NCBI GenBank assembly: GCA_045532715.1
Contig: JAZSGM010000180.1
Coordinates: 1 to 38,205, forward strand
From: Clostridia bacterium
Lineage (GTDB): Bacteria; Bacillota; Clostridia; UBA1381; UMGS1253
DNA: 38,205 bases
Direction: 5' to 3'
The translations under genes and the position numbers were made by a program. Positions 1 through 9,678 of the stretch are shown here, piece by piece. Under the pieces are notes generated by a model that ran no database searches, was not told the origin of the DNA, and was given only the letters and a program-made list of their open reading frames with translations. Numbering within the stretch: position 1 is the first letter of the stretch; every line of letters starts with the position of its first letter.

Positions 1-163
1 ACATGGCTACGATCCGACTTAGGTTACGGCAGACGATAGCGCAATCACACCACAGGAGGCATTAGAGCTTGCGACGGATAAGGTCGCACTTGCGGCAAAG
101 CGCGCGTGGGAAAGCCGCGCAGAGGCGCTGTTTACCAACGAATTCGGCAGAGCCGCAGTCGGT

Positions 164-1138
164 ATGTGCCGCCGCGTCAGCTACGATGACGGCTCGGCGC
201 AGATGTGGGGCGATACCAACACGGCAAACTTTGTCGCTCTTGAGGGCGGCAACGATTCCGGCATTGAGCTGATTTATACCTTTGATAAAAATAAAAAGCT
301 GACGGGCGTTGTGGCAAACATTGCTTGTCCTGCACAGATTTTAGAGCAGAGAAGCTTTATTTCTGCCGATTACTGGGGCAGAGCGAAGGCAATTTTGCGC
401 GAAAAGCTCGGCAAGGACATTTATCTTTTAGGTCTCTGCGGCGCAGCGGGCGACCAGTGCCCGAGAGATTTGGTGCGCTGGGTTGACCCGGAAACGCCGA
501 TTGATGACCCGAATGTAAAGCGCCCGAATCTGCTTAAGCGCAAGGCGGACCCGTCTATGTACGATATTTCCGGCTGCAATAAGGCAGGTAAGCGCATTGC
601 AAACGAAATCATTTCCGTATACGAGGAAATTGAAGAATTGCAGGACGATGCAGTATTCGTACATAAGGTGATTGATTTGGATTTGCCGCTGCGCAAGGCA
701 ACAATGGCGGAATACGAGAATGCTGTGCGCGAAATTGAGTATTATGTGGAGAAAAACAAGGACAAGGAAGTCTTTAACTTTGAGGATAACGCGCGTATGT
801 ATGTACACGCCGGCTTAATCAAGCGCTTCCGTGAGCAGCAGACAATGGAGGTTATACCGATTGAGTACCATGTTGTCCGCTTCGGAAATGTAGCCTTTGC
901 GACAAATCCGTTTGAGCTGTTTTTAGACTACGGCAACCGCATCAAGGCAAGAAGCTACGCGGAGCAGACCTTTATCGTGCAGCTCTGCTGCGGCACAAAC
1001 CGCGGCTATCTGCCGACGGAAAAGGCGGAAAAGGCAGGGCACTACAGTGCTTATATTTCCAGCGGTACGGTAGGTCATGAGGGTGGCGACCTGCTCACGA
1101 GAGAAACAATTACGGAGATTAACAAGCTTTTTGCATAA
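164..1138 (+). CDS. Ceramidase-like / uncharacterised hydrolase, 5' end disrupted or uncertain
   Basis: 324-aa ORF. The frame is open back to nt 23, but an in-frame TAG sits at 20-22. No ATG/GTG/TTG occurs between 23 and 164, and there is no convincing SD before 164. Family guess from memory of similar Clostridia proteins (LCGAAGDQCPRD, FATNPFELFLDYG), unverified. Confidence 0.5.
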   Translation: MCRRVSYDDGSAQMWGDTNTANFVALEGGNDSGIELIYTFDKNKKLTGVVANIACPAQILEQRSFISADYWGRAKAILREKLGKDIYLLGLCGAAGDQCPRDLVRWVDPETPIDDPNVKRPNLLKRKADPSMYDISGCNKAGKRIANEIISVYEEIEELQDDAVFVHKVIDLDLPLRKATMAEYENAVREIEYYVEKNKDKEVFNFEDNARMYVHAGLIKRFREQQTMEVIPIEYHVVRFGNVAFATNPFELFLDYGNRIKARSYAEQTFIVQLCCGTNRGYLPTEKAEKAGHYSAYISSGTVGHEGGDLLTRETITEINKLFA

Positions 1139-1212
1139 GAAAAAAGTGTTTTGAAAAATCCATATTGTTTCGACTCTTCTATGTACAAATGTAAAAAAAT
1201 ACTATAATATAA

Positions 1213-1244
1213 ATAGCGGCACAGTCTGTGCCGCTATTTATATA
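1213..1244 (+). terminator. Intrinsic terminator after the first gene
   Basis: 11-bp stem ATAGCGGCACA/TGTGCCGCTAT with a 3-nt loop, followed by a T-rich tract. Confidence 0.6.
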
Positions 1245-1274
1245 TGCAGAGAAGTTTGAATAGGTGGGAAAAAG

Positions 1275-2540
1275 ATGGAAAGAAAAAAATTGGATTACAA
1301 ATGGGTGGTTGCGGCGGTTTCGTTTCTTGCTGTGCTTACGGCGCTCGGCTTCTGCAGCTCGAGTAAGAGCCTGTATCTGGATGCAATCACGAATGCGCTC
1401 GGCATTTCCAGAAGTGCATTTTCGATTAACGACAGCTGCAGATTTATTACAACATCGATTGTAAATCTGTTTTTCGGCACACTCTTTGCGCGTTTCGGTG
1501 CAAAGAAGCTGATGTGCGCCGGATTCGTAAGCCTGATTATATCTATGTTTTTATATTCCATAGGCGAAAATGTCTTTGTGTTCTACGCAGGCGGTGTTTT
1601 TTTGGGTCTCGGTATGGCGTGGACGACGACAACGATGGTCGGCGTGGTCATCGGTAACTGGTTTAAGGAAAACCGCGGTACGGTGATGGGTGCGGTGCTC
1701 GCTTCAAACGGACTCGGTGCGGCGCTTGCCATTCAGATTGTATCGCCGATGATTGAGGCGCACACCTTCGGCTACCGTGATGCGTATCGCCTGATTATGG
1801 TGATTTTGCTTGTTGTCGGCGTTTTGGTTGCAATTTTTATGAAGGATAAGCCGAAAGAGGACAATAGTGCACCGGTAAGCACGCAGAAAAAAGCGAAGCG
1901 CGGTCAAAGTTGGGCCGGTATTGAATTTTCGGCAGCCGCAAAGAAAACCTATTTCTATGCGGCGCTCGTATGTATTTTTATTACGGGCTTGTTGTTGCAG
2001 GGCATTACCGGCATCTCGAAGGCGCTGATGAAGGACACCGGTCTAGATGCCGGCTATATTGCAACTGTGCTGAGTATGCATTCGATTGCGCTCACGGTAT
2101 TTAAGTTCGCAGTCGGCTTTGTTTATGATAAAAAGGGACTGCGCGTGACCTCGAATATGTGCTTTATTACGGCAATCATCGTAATGTTTATGCTTGCAAA
2201 TGTAACGAATTCGCCGACGGGCAAGGTGCTTGCAATGATTTACGGAATCTTTTCTTCGCTTGCCTTGCCGCTCGAAACAATTATGCTGCCGATTTATACG
2301 GCGGATTTGTTCGGTGAAAAGTCGTATGCGAAAATTCTGGGGATCATTTCCTCGGTCAATACGGCCGGCTATGCAGTCGGCGCACCGCTGATGAATCTTT
2401 GCTATGACCTTTTAGGCAATTACAATGTAGCCATCTACATCGGCTGCGGTTTAATGGCGGTTGCAACGATTGTGATGCAGTTTGTTATTTCTACAGCACA
2501 TAAGCAGAGAAAAAAGATTGAAGAGGAGATAGTAGCATGA
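1275..2540 (+). CDS. MFS transporter
   Basis: 421 aa, about 12 hydrophobic segments with a central charged loop (KDKPKEDNSAPVSTQKKAKRGQS). GGTGGG SD upstream. Its stop overlaps the next start (ATGA). Confidence 0.85.
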   Translation: MERKKLDYKWVVAAVSFLAVLTALGFCSSSKSLYLDAITNALGISRSAFSINDSCRFITTSIVNLFFGTLFARFGAKKLMCAGFVSLIISMFLYSIGENVFVFYAGGVFLGLGMAWTTTTMVGVVIGNWFKENRGTVMGAVLASNGLGAALAIQIVSPMIEAHTFGYRDAYRLIMVILLVVGVLVAIFMKDKPKEDNSAPVSTQKKAKRGQSWAGIEFSAAAKKTYFYAALVCIFITGLLLQGITGISKALMKDTGLDAGYIATVLSMHSIALTVFKFAVGFVYDKKGLRVTSNMCFITAIIVMFMLANVTNSPTGKVLAMIYGIFSSLALPLETIMLPIYTADLFGEKSYAKILGIISSVNTAGYAVGAPLMNLCYDLLGNYNVAIYIGCGLMAVATIVMQFVISTAHKQRKKIEEEIVA

Positions 2541-3295
2541 TACATTCGATTTTAATCATAGGACAATCAAATATGGCAGGTCGCGGCAGAGCGGAAGAAA
2601 TTGAGCCGATTGTGAATGATAATGTATATGTAATGCGCAACGGTCGCTGGCGCCCGAAGTACATTCCGGTCAACCCCGACCGTGTAACCGCGGGCGTATG
2701 TTTAGTTGAAACCTTTGCAGATTTGTATGAAAAGGATCACGGTGTGAAGGTTGGTATTATTCCTTGCCCCGACGGCGGCACATGCTTAGATCAGTGGTGC
2801 CCGGGTGGTCTTTTGTTTGACCACGCCTGCTATATGGCAGAATTAGCAAGCCGCACGTCTACAATTGTGGCAGTGCTTTGGCACCAGGGTGAGGGAGATT
2901 GTGCACCGGAGCGCTATCCGCACTATGAAAAGAAGCTGACCGCCATTTTCAAGGCTTTCCGCGAAAGACTGAATTTGCAAGATGTGCCGTTTTTGGTGGG
3001 CGGTCTCGGTGCGTTTTTAAAGGACAGAGAGGAAAATACGAATTTGAAAAATAATTCCCCGTTTGTCAATGCGGCACTGCAGTCCCTTGCCGAAAAGGAT
3101 GCTAAAATCGGCTTTGTCAGCGCAGAAGGGCTGACGGATAAGGGAGATTTACTGCATTTTGATTCAAAATCGCTATATGCATTTGGCGAGCGATACTATG
3201 CAGAATTTGTAAAGCTGGAGGATAAAAACAAAGTCTTCGAAGAAAAACCGGGGATGGATGATGCCATCACACAGAGCTGGATGGAATTGTTGTAA
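2537..3295 (+). CDS. Sialate O-acetylesterase-like (SASA/DUF303) SGNH-type esterase
   Basis: N-terminal ILIIGQSNMAGRG motif typical of SASA-family carbohydrate esterases, plus WHQGEGD. Translationally coupled to the MFS gene. Confidence 0.75.
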   Translation: MIHSILIIGQSNMAGRGRAEEIEPIVNDNVYVMRNGRWRPKYIPVNPDRVTAGVCLVETFADLYEKDHGVKVGIIPCPDGGTCLDQWCPGGLLFDHACYMAELASRTSTIVAVLWHQGEGDCAPERYPHYEKKLTAIFKAFRERLNLQDVPFLVGGLGAFLKDREENTNLKNNSPFVNAALQSLAEKDAKIGFVSAEGLTDKGDLLHFDSKSLYAFGERYYAEFVKLEDKNKVFEEKPGMDDAITQSWMELL

Positions 3296-3317
3296 TATAC
3301 GAAAGGAAGTATAAATT

Positions 3318-4325
3318 ATGAAAAAATATTTGTTACCGGAAAAAGGACAGTTTTATAAGGCGAATTTACATTGTCATACAACGGTTTCGGACGGCAGAAT
3401 GTCGCCGGAGGAAATTAAGGAAGCTTATATGTCCGCGGGCTATTCGGTTGTGGCTTTTACGGATCACGAGCTGCTGATTACGCACCCGGACCTTGCCGAC
3501 GAAAATTTCGTGCCGCTCAATGCCTATGAAATGGAAGTCAGCGAGCATTATCCGAGAACGTCGGTTTCGAAGGTTTGCCATATGTGCCTGATTGCATTAG
3601 ACCCGGATAAAACAACCCCGGTATGCTTTCATCGTGAAAAGTATCTTACGAAAAGATTGGCGCCGAAGGTGCCGCTGGTAAATTACAATCCGGATGAGCC
3701 GGATTATGAGAGAGTGTATGGCGCAGATGGCGTGAACGATGTTATGAAGACAGCGCGCGAGAACGGCTTCTTCGTAACCTACAACCATCCGACGTGGTCG
3801 AGAGAGGGCTGCTCGGAATACTGCGGGTATGAATATATGAACGCAATGGAGGTCTATAACACAGAGTGTGAAGTCCTCGGCTATTTTGAGTACAACGAAA
3901 AAGCGTACGACGAGATTCTGCGCTCCGGTAAGAGAATCTATTGCGTCGCTACGGATGATACGCATACGAAGGAAGCGCTTTTCGGCGGCTTTACGATGAT
4001 TAAAGCGGAGAAGCTCGAATATAAAACCATCACCAACGCGATGGTGAACGGCGATTTCTATGCATCCCAGGGCCCGGAAATTCACAACCTCTGGTTTGAA
4101 GACGGCGTCCTGCATATCGATTGCTCCGACGTAAAGCACATTCGCTTCAATATGGGCGTAAGACGTTCGAAGAAGTTTGTAGCAGAAGAGGGCGGCGTTC
4201 TTAATACGGCGGAGCTTGAAATTTTGCCGACAGATATGTACGTCCGCGTTACCATTTGCGACGCGAACGGAAAAATGGCATACACCAATGCGTATTTTAC
4301 AGATGAGTTATTTGCAGAGGCATAA
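3318..4325 (+). CDS. PHP-domain metal-dependent phosphoesterase
   Basis: NLHCHTTVSDG and AFTDHE motifs near the N-terminus. GAAAGGAAG SD. Confidence 0.75.
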   Translation: MKKYLLPEKGQFYKANLHCHTTVSDGRMSPEEIKEAYMSAGYSVVAFTDHELLITHPDLADENFVPLNAYEMEVSEHYPRTSVSKVCHMCLIALDPDKTTPVCFHREKYLTKRLAPKVPLVNYNPDEPDYERVYGADGVNDVMKTARENGFFVTYNHPTWSREGCSEYCGYEYMNAMEVYNTECEVLGYFEYNEKAYDEILRSGKRIYCVATDDTHTKEALFGGFTMIKAEKLEYKTITNAMVNGDFYASQGPEIHNLWFEDGVLHIDCSDVKHIRFNMGVRRSKKFVAEEGGVLNTAELEILPTDMYVRVTICDANGKMAYTNAYFTDELFAEA

Positions 4326-4358
4326 GTGAAAACAGAGTAGGACTTGTGTTTTTCTGCT

Positions 4359-4386
4359 TTACAAAGCTTCTTGTTTGTTCTATAAT
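4359..4386 (+). promoter_or_regulatory. Sigma-A-type promoter
   Basis: TTACAA (4359-4364), 16-nt spacer, TATAAT (4381-4386), upstream of the 179-aa ORF. Confidence 0.55.
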
Positions 4387-4398
4387 AAGTAGGAAGAA

Positions 4399-4938
4399 AT
4401 GGGGGAACAACCGATGAAGCCGTTCAAGCATTTTTACACAATTACAAAGCATCGGCATAAGGTGATTGCGCACTGCTTTCAGGCGGGCATCTTCCGGCAG
4501 GGGCTTTTGCACGATTTATCGAAATATTCGCCGGCGGAGTTTTTTGTCAGCGCAAAGTATTATTACGGCGACAGAAGTCCGCTGCACGGTGAGCGTATGG
4601 CAAAGGGGTATTCCTTAGGCTGGATGCACCATAAGGGCAGAAACAAGCACCATTTTGAGTATTGGACGGATGTCAATCCCGAAACAAAGCAGTATGCACC
4701 GGTGAAGATGCCGCTTTGCTATGTGAAGGAAATGTTTTGCGACCGCGTGGCGGCAAGCAAGATTTATCAGGGTAAAAATTATACAGATGCGTATCCGCTC
4801 GAGTATTTCAGACGCGAAAAGATTGTCAGCAGTATGCATAAGGAAACCTATGATTTGATTGAAACCCTGCTTGTGATGCTTCGCGAGCACGGCGAAAAGG
4901 CGACCTTTCGGTATATTAAAAAATTGAAAAGTTATTAA
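4399..4938 (+). CDS. Hypothetical protein, His-rich (possibly DUF5662/HD-like)
   Basis: 179-aa ORF (HRHKV, HDLSKY, WMHHKGRNKHHFEYW). The real start may be the ATG at 4414, which has a better-spaced GGGGGA SD. Confidence 0.4.
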   Translation: MGEQPMKPFKHFYTITKHRHKVIAHCFQAGIFRQGLLHDLSKYSPAEFFVSAKYYYGDRSPLHGERMAKGYSLGWMHHKGRNKHHFEYWTDVNPETKQYAPVKMPLCYVKEMFCDRVAASKIYQGKNYTDAYPLEYFRREKIVSSMHKETYDLIETLLVMLREHGEKATFRYIKKLKSY

Positions 4939-4975
4939 AAAAACAGTTTGAAGCACGCTTCAAACTGTTTTTTTA
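4937..4975. terminator. Bidirectional terminator between convergent genes
   Basis: A-run, 10-bp stem CAGTTTGAAG/CTTCAAACTG, T-run. Overlaps the last codons of the AraC gene. Confidence 0.7.
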
Positions 4976-5811
4976 TATGCATTCGGGGAAAGACCGGTTA
5001 TTTTTTTGAAATTGCGGTAGAAGGTTGAAAAATCGCTGTAGCCGCACAAGCCGTAGATTGCCGTGATTTTGTAGCCTTCTTTTATATATTCCGTCGCTTT
5101 TTTAATACGGCAGAAATTCAGATATTGATGAAAGGTGTGCCCCGTAAGTTTATAAAAAAGCGCACAAAAGCTGTTTTTGGACATTGCCGAGCGCTTTGAC
5201 ATTTCATCGAGCGTGATCTGGTCGGCAAAATTGCTTTCGATGTATTCAACGCAGTGTAAGACGAATTGCTTGCCGTTATCGAAATATTCCGGCGGTGTGT
5301 TTTGCTTGAAATAATTGCGTGCCAAAACTGCAACCAGCAAAACCGCGTATGCGTAGATCAGCTCGCTGAAGCCGAAGTCCTTGCGATTAAATTCCTCGAG
5401 CATTCTTTCCAAAACAGACTCAATGTAGCGTATATCCTTTGCATCAATCGAAACCTTCGGCAAAATGCTTTGGCTTGCACGCAGGTTTCGAAGAAAGAGC
5501 GTGACGAGTTTGGTGTTTGTGTTTGTTTCGTTAAAAAAATCGGGCATAAAGGAAAAGGCATAGAATACCGTATCCGGCGCCGGCGATATATAATGCATCA
5601 TTTTGGGCGGAATGATAAACATATCTCCCTGCCTTAATTCGGAGGATTTGTCCTCGATATGATGCGTCAGGCTGCCCTTGGAAATATAATAAATCTGGAA
5701 ATATTCGTGGGTGTGCGGCTTTTTGGCTTCCGTCGGCTTTTCAAGCTTCTGAATATGAAAGTTTTCCATTGAATTTCTGTAATAGGAAAGCACAAAATTT
5801 TTAACATCCAT
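4960..5811 (-). CDS. AraC-family transcriptional regulator (cupin sensor + HTH)
   Basis: 283 aa. N-terminal cupin-like region (HTHEYFQIYYISKG, GDMFIIPP) and a C-terminal AraC HTH (GYSDFSTFYRNFKKITGLSPNAYKK). Confidence 0.9.
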   Translation of the reverse strand: MDVKNFVLSYYRNSMENFHIQKLEKPTEAKKPHTHEYFQIYYISKGSLTHHIEDKSSELRQGDMFIIPPKMMHYISPAPDTVFYAFSFMPDFFNETNTNTKLVTLFLRNLRASQSILPKVSIDAKDIRYIESVLERMLEEFNRKDFGFSELIYAYAVLLVAVLARNYFKQNTPPEYFDNGKQFVLHCVEYIESNFADQITLDEMSKRSAMSKNSFCALFYKLTGHTFHQYLNFCRIKKATEYIKEGYKITAIYGLCGYSDFSTFYRNFKKITGLSPNAYKKTV

Positions 5812-5850
5812 CCTCTGTCACCTCAACAGTATTGTAGCAAATATAGGATG

Positions 5851-5907
5851 AAAATGCAATATAAACAATACAAAATGCAATATATTTGCACTTGAATATG
5901 ATAAAAT
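5851..5907 (+). promoter_or_regulatory. Two 12-nt direct repeats plus extended -10 (candidate AraC-activated promoter)
   Basis: AAAATGCAATAT at 5851-5862 and 5872-5883, exactly 21 bp apart. TGaTAAAAT at 5899-5907. The proximal box sits where a -35 would be. Confidence 0.5.
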
Positions 5908-5927
5908 GAGAAAAAAGGGGTGGTATT

Positions 5928-7241
5928 ATGAAAATTGTAGCATTAAACGGACTTTTGGGGTATGGCTACAGCGAAGAAGCACTGAACATTGCCTTTTCGG
6001 AAAAGGTAGATTATCTTGGCGTGGATGCCGGTTCGACCGATCCGGGGCCGTACTATCTCGGCAGCGGAAAATCATTTACGGACAGAGGCGCAGTAAAGCG
6101 GGATCTGGCACTGGCGCTGCCAAAGGCATTAGAGCATAAAGCGCCGTTTATCATCGGTACGGCAGGCGGCGCGGGCAGCAGCGCGCATGTGGCGTGGCTG
6201 AAAGAAATTTTGCTTGAAATTGCTGCTGAGCAAAATTTATCGTTCAATCTCGGCACCGTTTTAAGCGATGTTTCCAAGGCATATGTTTCAGAGAAATTTG
6301 AAAGCGGTAAGCTTTTGAATATGAGCGATGAAATGCCGGCAGACGAGGCGGCAATTGAGGAAAGCACAAGAATTGTCAGCCAGATTGGCATTGCACCGAT
6401 TATAGAGCTTTTGAAACAGAAGGCAGATGTCATTATTTGCGGTCGCGCCTGCGATACGGCAATCTATGCGGCGCCGTGCGTTTTTGAAGGCTACAACGAA
6501 GGACTTGCGTTTCATATGGCAAAGATTATGGAATGCGGCGCGATGTGCTCCGAGCCGGTTGCGGCGGCGGATGTGATGCAGGGCTATATGTATGACGATT
6601 GCTTTGAGCTTCGCCCGGCAAATCCAATTCGGAAATGTACTGTGGACAGAGTTGCGGCGCACACGCTGTATGAGCAGTCAAACCCGTATCTGATTTACGA
6701 GCCGGACGGCGTTTGCGACCTGACCAATTCAAAATTTGAGCAGGTGGATGAACGCACCGTCAGAGTCAGCGGCTCTGTATTTAAGGAAGCAGAGGAAAAG
6801 ACCTTAAAGCTTGAAGGCGTCAGATGTGCAGGCTACAGAACCATTTGTCCTGCGACAGTCTATGATCCGGACACCATCGCGCATATAGATGAAATTATAA
6901 ATACAGTTACCGGCTTTGTTCGGGAAAATACGAAAAACACATTGCCGGCAAACAGCTACACGGTGCATTTTAAATGTAGCGGCGGCAAGGATTCTTCTTT
7001 AGGCATCATCATTGATGTTGTCGGAAAAACGCAGGAAATTGCCGATATGGTTTGTGCGCTTGCAAGAAGCCGGATGCTGCACTGCGACTATGCGGGCAGA
7101 AAGTCCACGGCAGGCAATCTTGCCTTTCCGTTTTCGCCGTCCGACATTCATGTTGGCGAAGTGTATGAGTTTTCGGTATTTCATCTTGCAAAGGTGGATT
7201 CGCTTCTGGAGACGGCAGAAATTTTAACGGAGGTGGTTTAA
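5928..7241 (+). CDS. AtuA-like acyclic-terpene-utilisation family protein (DUF1446)
   Basis: 437 aa, N-terminus MKIVALNGLLGYGYSEEAL...DYLGVDAGSTDPGPYYLG as in DUF1446 proteins. AAGGGGTGG SD. Confidence 0.7.
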   Translation: MKIVALNGLLGYGYSEEALNIAFSEKVDYLGVDAGSTDPGPYYLGSGKSFTDRGAVKRDLALALPKALEHKAPFIIGTAGGAGSSAHVAWLKEILLEIAAEQNLSFNLGTVLSDVSKAYVSEKFESGKLLNMSDEMPADEAAIEESTRIVSQIGIAPIIELLKQKADVIICGRACDTAIYAAPCVFEGYNEGLAFHMAKIMECGAMCSEPVAAADVMQGYMYDDCFELRPANPIRKCTVDRVAAHTLYEQSNPYLIYEPDGVCDLTNSKFEQVDERTVRVSGSVFKEAEEKTLKLEGVRCAGYRTICPATVYDPDTIAHIDEIINTVTGFVRENTKNTLPANSYTVHFKCSGGKDSSLGIIIDVVGKTQEIADMVCALARSRMLHCDYAGRKSTAGNLAFPFSPSDIHVGEVYEFSVFHLAKVDSLLETAEILTEVV

Positions 7242-7242
7242 A

Positions 7243-7542
7243 ATGAAGAAGCTGATTGAATATACAAAAGTTTTAAGAAGTAAAAATGCAGGACCGCTTT
7301 TTATCACCTTTGACCTCATTTTTAATACCAAAGAAGATATGGAATATGTGGGGGAAAGACTTGAAAAGTCTGATATTTCCAAGGTTTATGATGTTCGCGA
7401 AGAGAAAATCGATATTATTTCGTACGGTGTTGTAAATTCCATCAAGATAACCTTCCCGAGAAAGAATATCAGCGGCAGCTTGGAAGATAACGACATCTAC
7501 GGCTGCCAGCAGCATATGCCGCTGGCGAATATTGAGCTATAA
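7243..7542 (+). CDS. DUF4387-like small partner of AtuA-like proteins
   Basis: 99 aa, starts 1 nt after the DUF1446 stop. DUF1446 and DUF4387 are usually adjacent (from memory). Confidence 0.6.
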   Translation: MKKLIEYTKVLRSKNAGPLFITFDLIFNTKEDMEYVGERLEKSDISKVYDVREEKIDIISYGVVNSIKITFPRKNISGSLEDNDIYGCQQHMPLANIEL

Positions 7543-7555
7543 AGGGGGATTTATA

Positions 7556-8743
7556 ATGTATGCAGATAAAGAATATATACTTTCGCTGAGACACGAAATA
7601 CACGAATATCCCGAAATCGGCTTCGATTTGCCGAAAACCATTGCAGTTGTCAAAAGAGAGCTTGAAAAGCTTGGGATTGAATATACTACAGAATACGGAG
7701 AGTCAAGCGTAGTCGGTATCATCAATCTCGATAAAAAGCATTTTACAATAGGTATTCGCGCCGATATGGACGCACTTTTGATTGAAGAAAAAACGGAGCT
7801 GCCGTTTAAATCTAAAATCAAAGGGCAGATGCACGCCTGCGGTCACGATGCGCACACAGCAATGCTTTTAGGCACTGCCAAAGCCTTAAAAGCCATGGAG
7901 GATAAAATTGCGTGCCGCGTCCTGCTGGTGTTTCAGCCGAGCGAGGAGGGTATCCGAAGCGGTGCTGAAGCGCTCGTAAGCGGCGGCCTGATGGATGAAA
8001 TCGATGTCATCATCGGTATGCATATAGAAAACTGGTTGGAAAGCGGTAAAATCGGCGTGTGTGCCGGCAGCTCGATGGCATCGAGCCGCAATTTCCGACT
8101 TGATTTTCACGGCAAAACAGCACATGCGACGCTGCCGCAATCCGGTGCAGATGCACTTGCTGCGGCGGTGCGCACCTATAATAACATACAGTATATGCTG
8201 GGGCGTGAAATCAATCCGTTCAGTAAGTATGTATGTTCTATTGGAAAGCTTTCGGGTGGCACCTCGCAAAACATTATTGCAGACCACGCTTTTATGCTGG
8301 GCACAATCCGCACCTTTGATATGGAATTAGACAGCTTCCTAATTCGCAGAATTGAGGAAATTGCAAAAAACACCGCCGCTGAGACGGGTGTAGAGGCAGT
8401 TTTGGACACATCCTTAAAGGCGTTTGTTGTGTATAACAATCCTTATATTTCTAATCTTGTACTGGAAAGTGCCAAGAAAATCACAGAAACGCAGAAAATG
8501 CCCGAAAAGCTGAGCTCAGAGGATTTTTCGCAGTATCTTACAAAAAAGCCGGGCGTGTTTATCCGGTTGGGTACGCGCAATGCAGAAAAGGGCTGTACCA
8601 CACTTCCGCATAATAACGATTTTATGATCGATGAGGATGCCTTTTCGATTGGTACGGATACCTGCGTGCAGTTTGTTTTAGATCATATGAACGGAATAGA
8701 TATGGAAGAAGTAGAAAAATCAGATGAACGGAAACAGAGGTGA
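7556..8743 (+). CDS. M20-family amidohydrolase (N-acyl-amino-acid/hippurate hydrolase type)
   Basis: HACGHDAHTAMLLG metal-binding motif. I prefer the ATG at 7556 (AAGGGGGA SD 6 nt upstream) over the TTG at 7532 given in the ORF track. Confidence 0.85.
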   Translation: MYADKEYILSLRHEIHEYPEIGFDLPKTIAVVKRELEKLGIEYTTEYGESSVVGIINLDKKHFTIGIRADMDALLIEEKTELPFKSKIKGQMHACGHDAHTAMLLGTAKALKAMEDKIACRVLLVFQPSEEGIRSGAEALVSGGLMDEIDVIIGMHIENWLESGKIGVCAGSSMASSRNFRLDFHGKTAHATLPQSGADALAAAVRTYNNIQYMLGREINPFSKYVCSIGKLSGGTSQNIIADHAFMLGTIRTFDMELDSFLIRRIEEIAKNTAAETGVEAVLDTSLKAFVVYNNPYISNLVLESAKKITETQKMPEKLSSEDFSQYLTKKPGVFIRLGTRNAEKGCTTLPHNNDFMIDEDAFSIGTDTCVQFVLDHMNGIDMEEVEKSDERKQR

Positions 8744-8749
8744 AAATAA

Positions 8750-9667
8750 ATGATTAAAACTGAAATATACGAACAGGTTCTTTTTGAAACGATTAAACGC
8801 GGTGCAACGGAAATTTCGCCGGATGTAAAAGATGCGTTTATAAGTGCGATTGCGCGTGAAGAAAATCCCGATGCCAAAAACGGACTTGAAGCGACGCTGA
8901 AAAGCATGGAAATGTCTGCGGTAAGAGAAAATCCGCTTTGCGTAGATACCGGTTGGCCGATTTTCTATTTTAAAGTAGGCAACAAATGCGAACTGGAGGG
9001 CGGCTTTGTAGAGCTTGAAAATGCCGCGCGCAGAGCGGTTGCCAGGGCGACGGAGCTCGGGTATTTAAGAGCGACAATGAAGCATCCTTTAACGGGGTAT
9101 GATCCGGGCAACAACATCGGTATGAACATCCCGGACTTTACATACCAGTTTGTCGACGGTGACGGTATTGAAATTTCCTATGCGGCAAAGGGCGGCGGCA
9201 GTGAGTGCTTTGGCGGCACAAGACACAGAATTGTTGCCTTTGCAGACGGCATAAAGGGCATTGAAAAATTTGTCCTTGACAGCTTTGTTGCCTCTGCCCG
9301 TGCGGGTGCGGTTTGTCCGCCGTCAGTATTGGGTATCGGCATCGGCGGTACAGCCAATGTTGCGGCGAACCTAGCAAAGGAAGCGGCGTGTTTAAGAACA
9401 GTCGGCTCCAAGCATCCGGACCCGATGTTTGCGAAAATCGAAGAGGACTTATATGAGGCAATCAACAGCCTCGGTATCGGTATTCTGGGCGCAGGCGGCA
9501 GCACCTCCGTTTTGGCGGTGCACGTGGAATATGCCTATACGCATATTGCGGGTATCGCATGCGCAACCAGCACAAACTGTATGGTTGCACGCCGTGCATC
9601 CACGAAAATCAGCGCTGATGGTCACGCTACAAAAATGATTGGTCCCAACTGGTTTGGTGACAGATAG
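8750..9667 (+). CDS. Fe-S hydro-lyase alpha subunit (class I fumarate hydratase / L-tartrate dehydratase TtdA type)
   Basis: 305 aa. NPLCVDTGWPIFYFKVG and GIGIGGT motifs typical of the N-terminal domain of class I fumarases. Confidence 0.8.
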   Translation: MIKTEIYEQVLFETIKRGATEISPDVKDAFISAIAREENPDAKNGLEATLKSMEMSAVRENPLCVDTGWPIFYFKVGNKCELEGGFVELENAARRAVARATELGYLRATMKHPLTGYDPGNNIGMNIPDFTYQFVDGDGIEISYAAKGGGSECFGGTRHRIVAFADGIKGIEKFVLDSFVASARAGAVCPPSVLGIGIGGTANVAANLAKEAACLRTVGSKHPDPMFAKIEEDLYEAINSLGIGILGAGGSTSVLAVHVEYAYTHIAGIACATSTNCMVARRASTKISADGHATKMIGPNWFGDR

Positions 9668-9678
9668 GAGGAAACACG

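Noticed and set aside
20-22. In-frame TAG as a pyrrolysine or read-through codon
   Set aside because: There is no Pyl machinery or methylamine-methyltransferase context in the window. A nonsense mutation or a sequencing error is far more likely.
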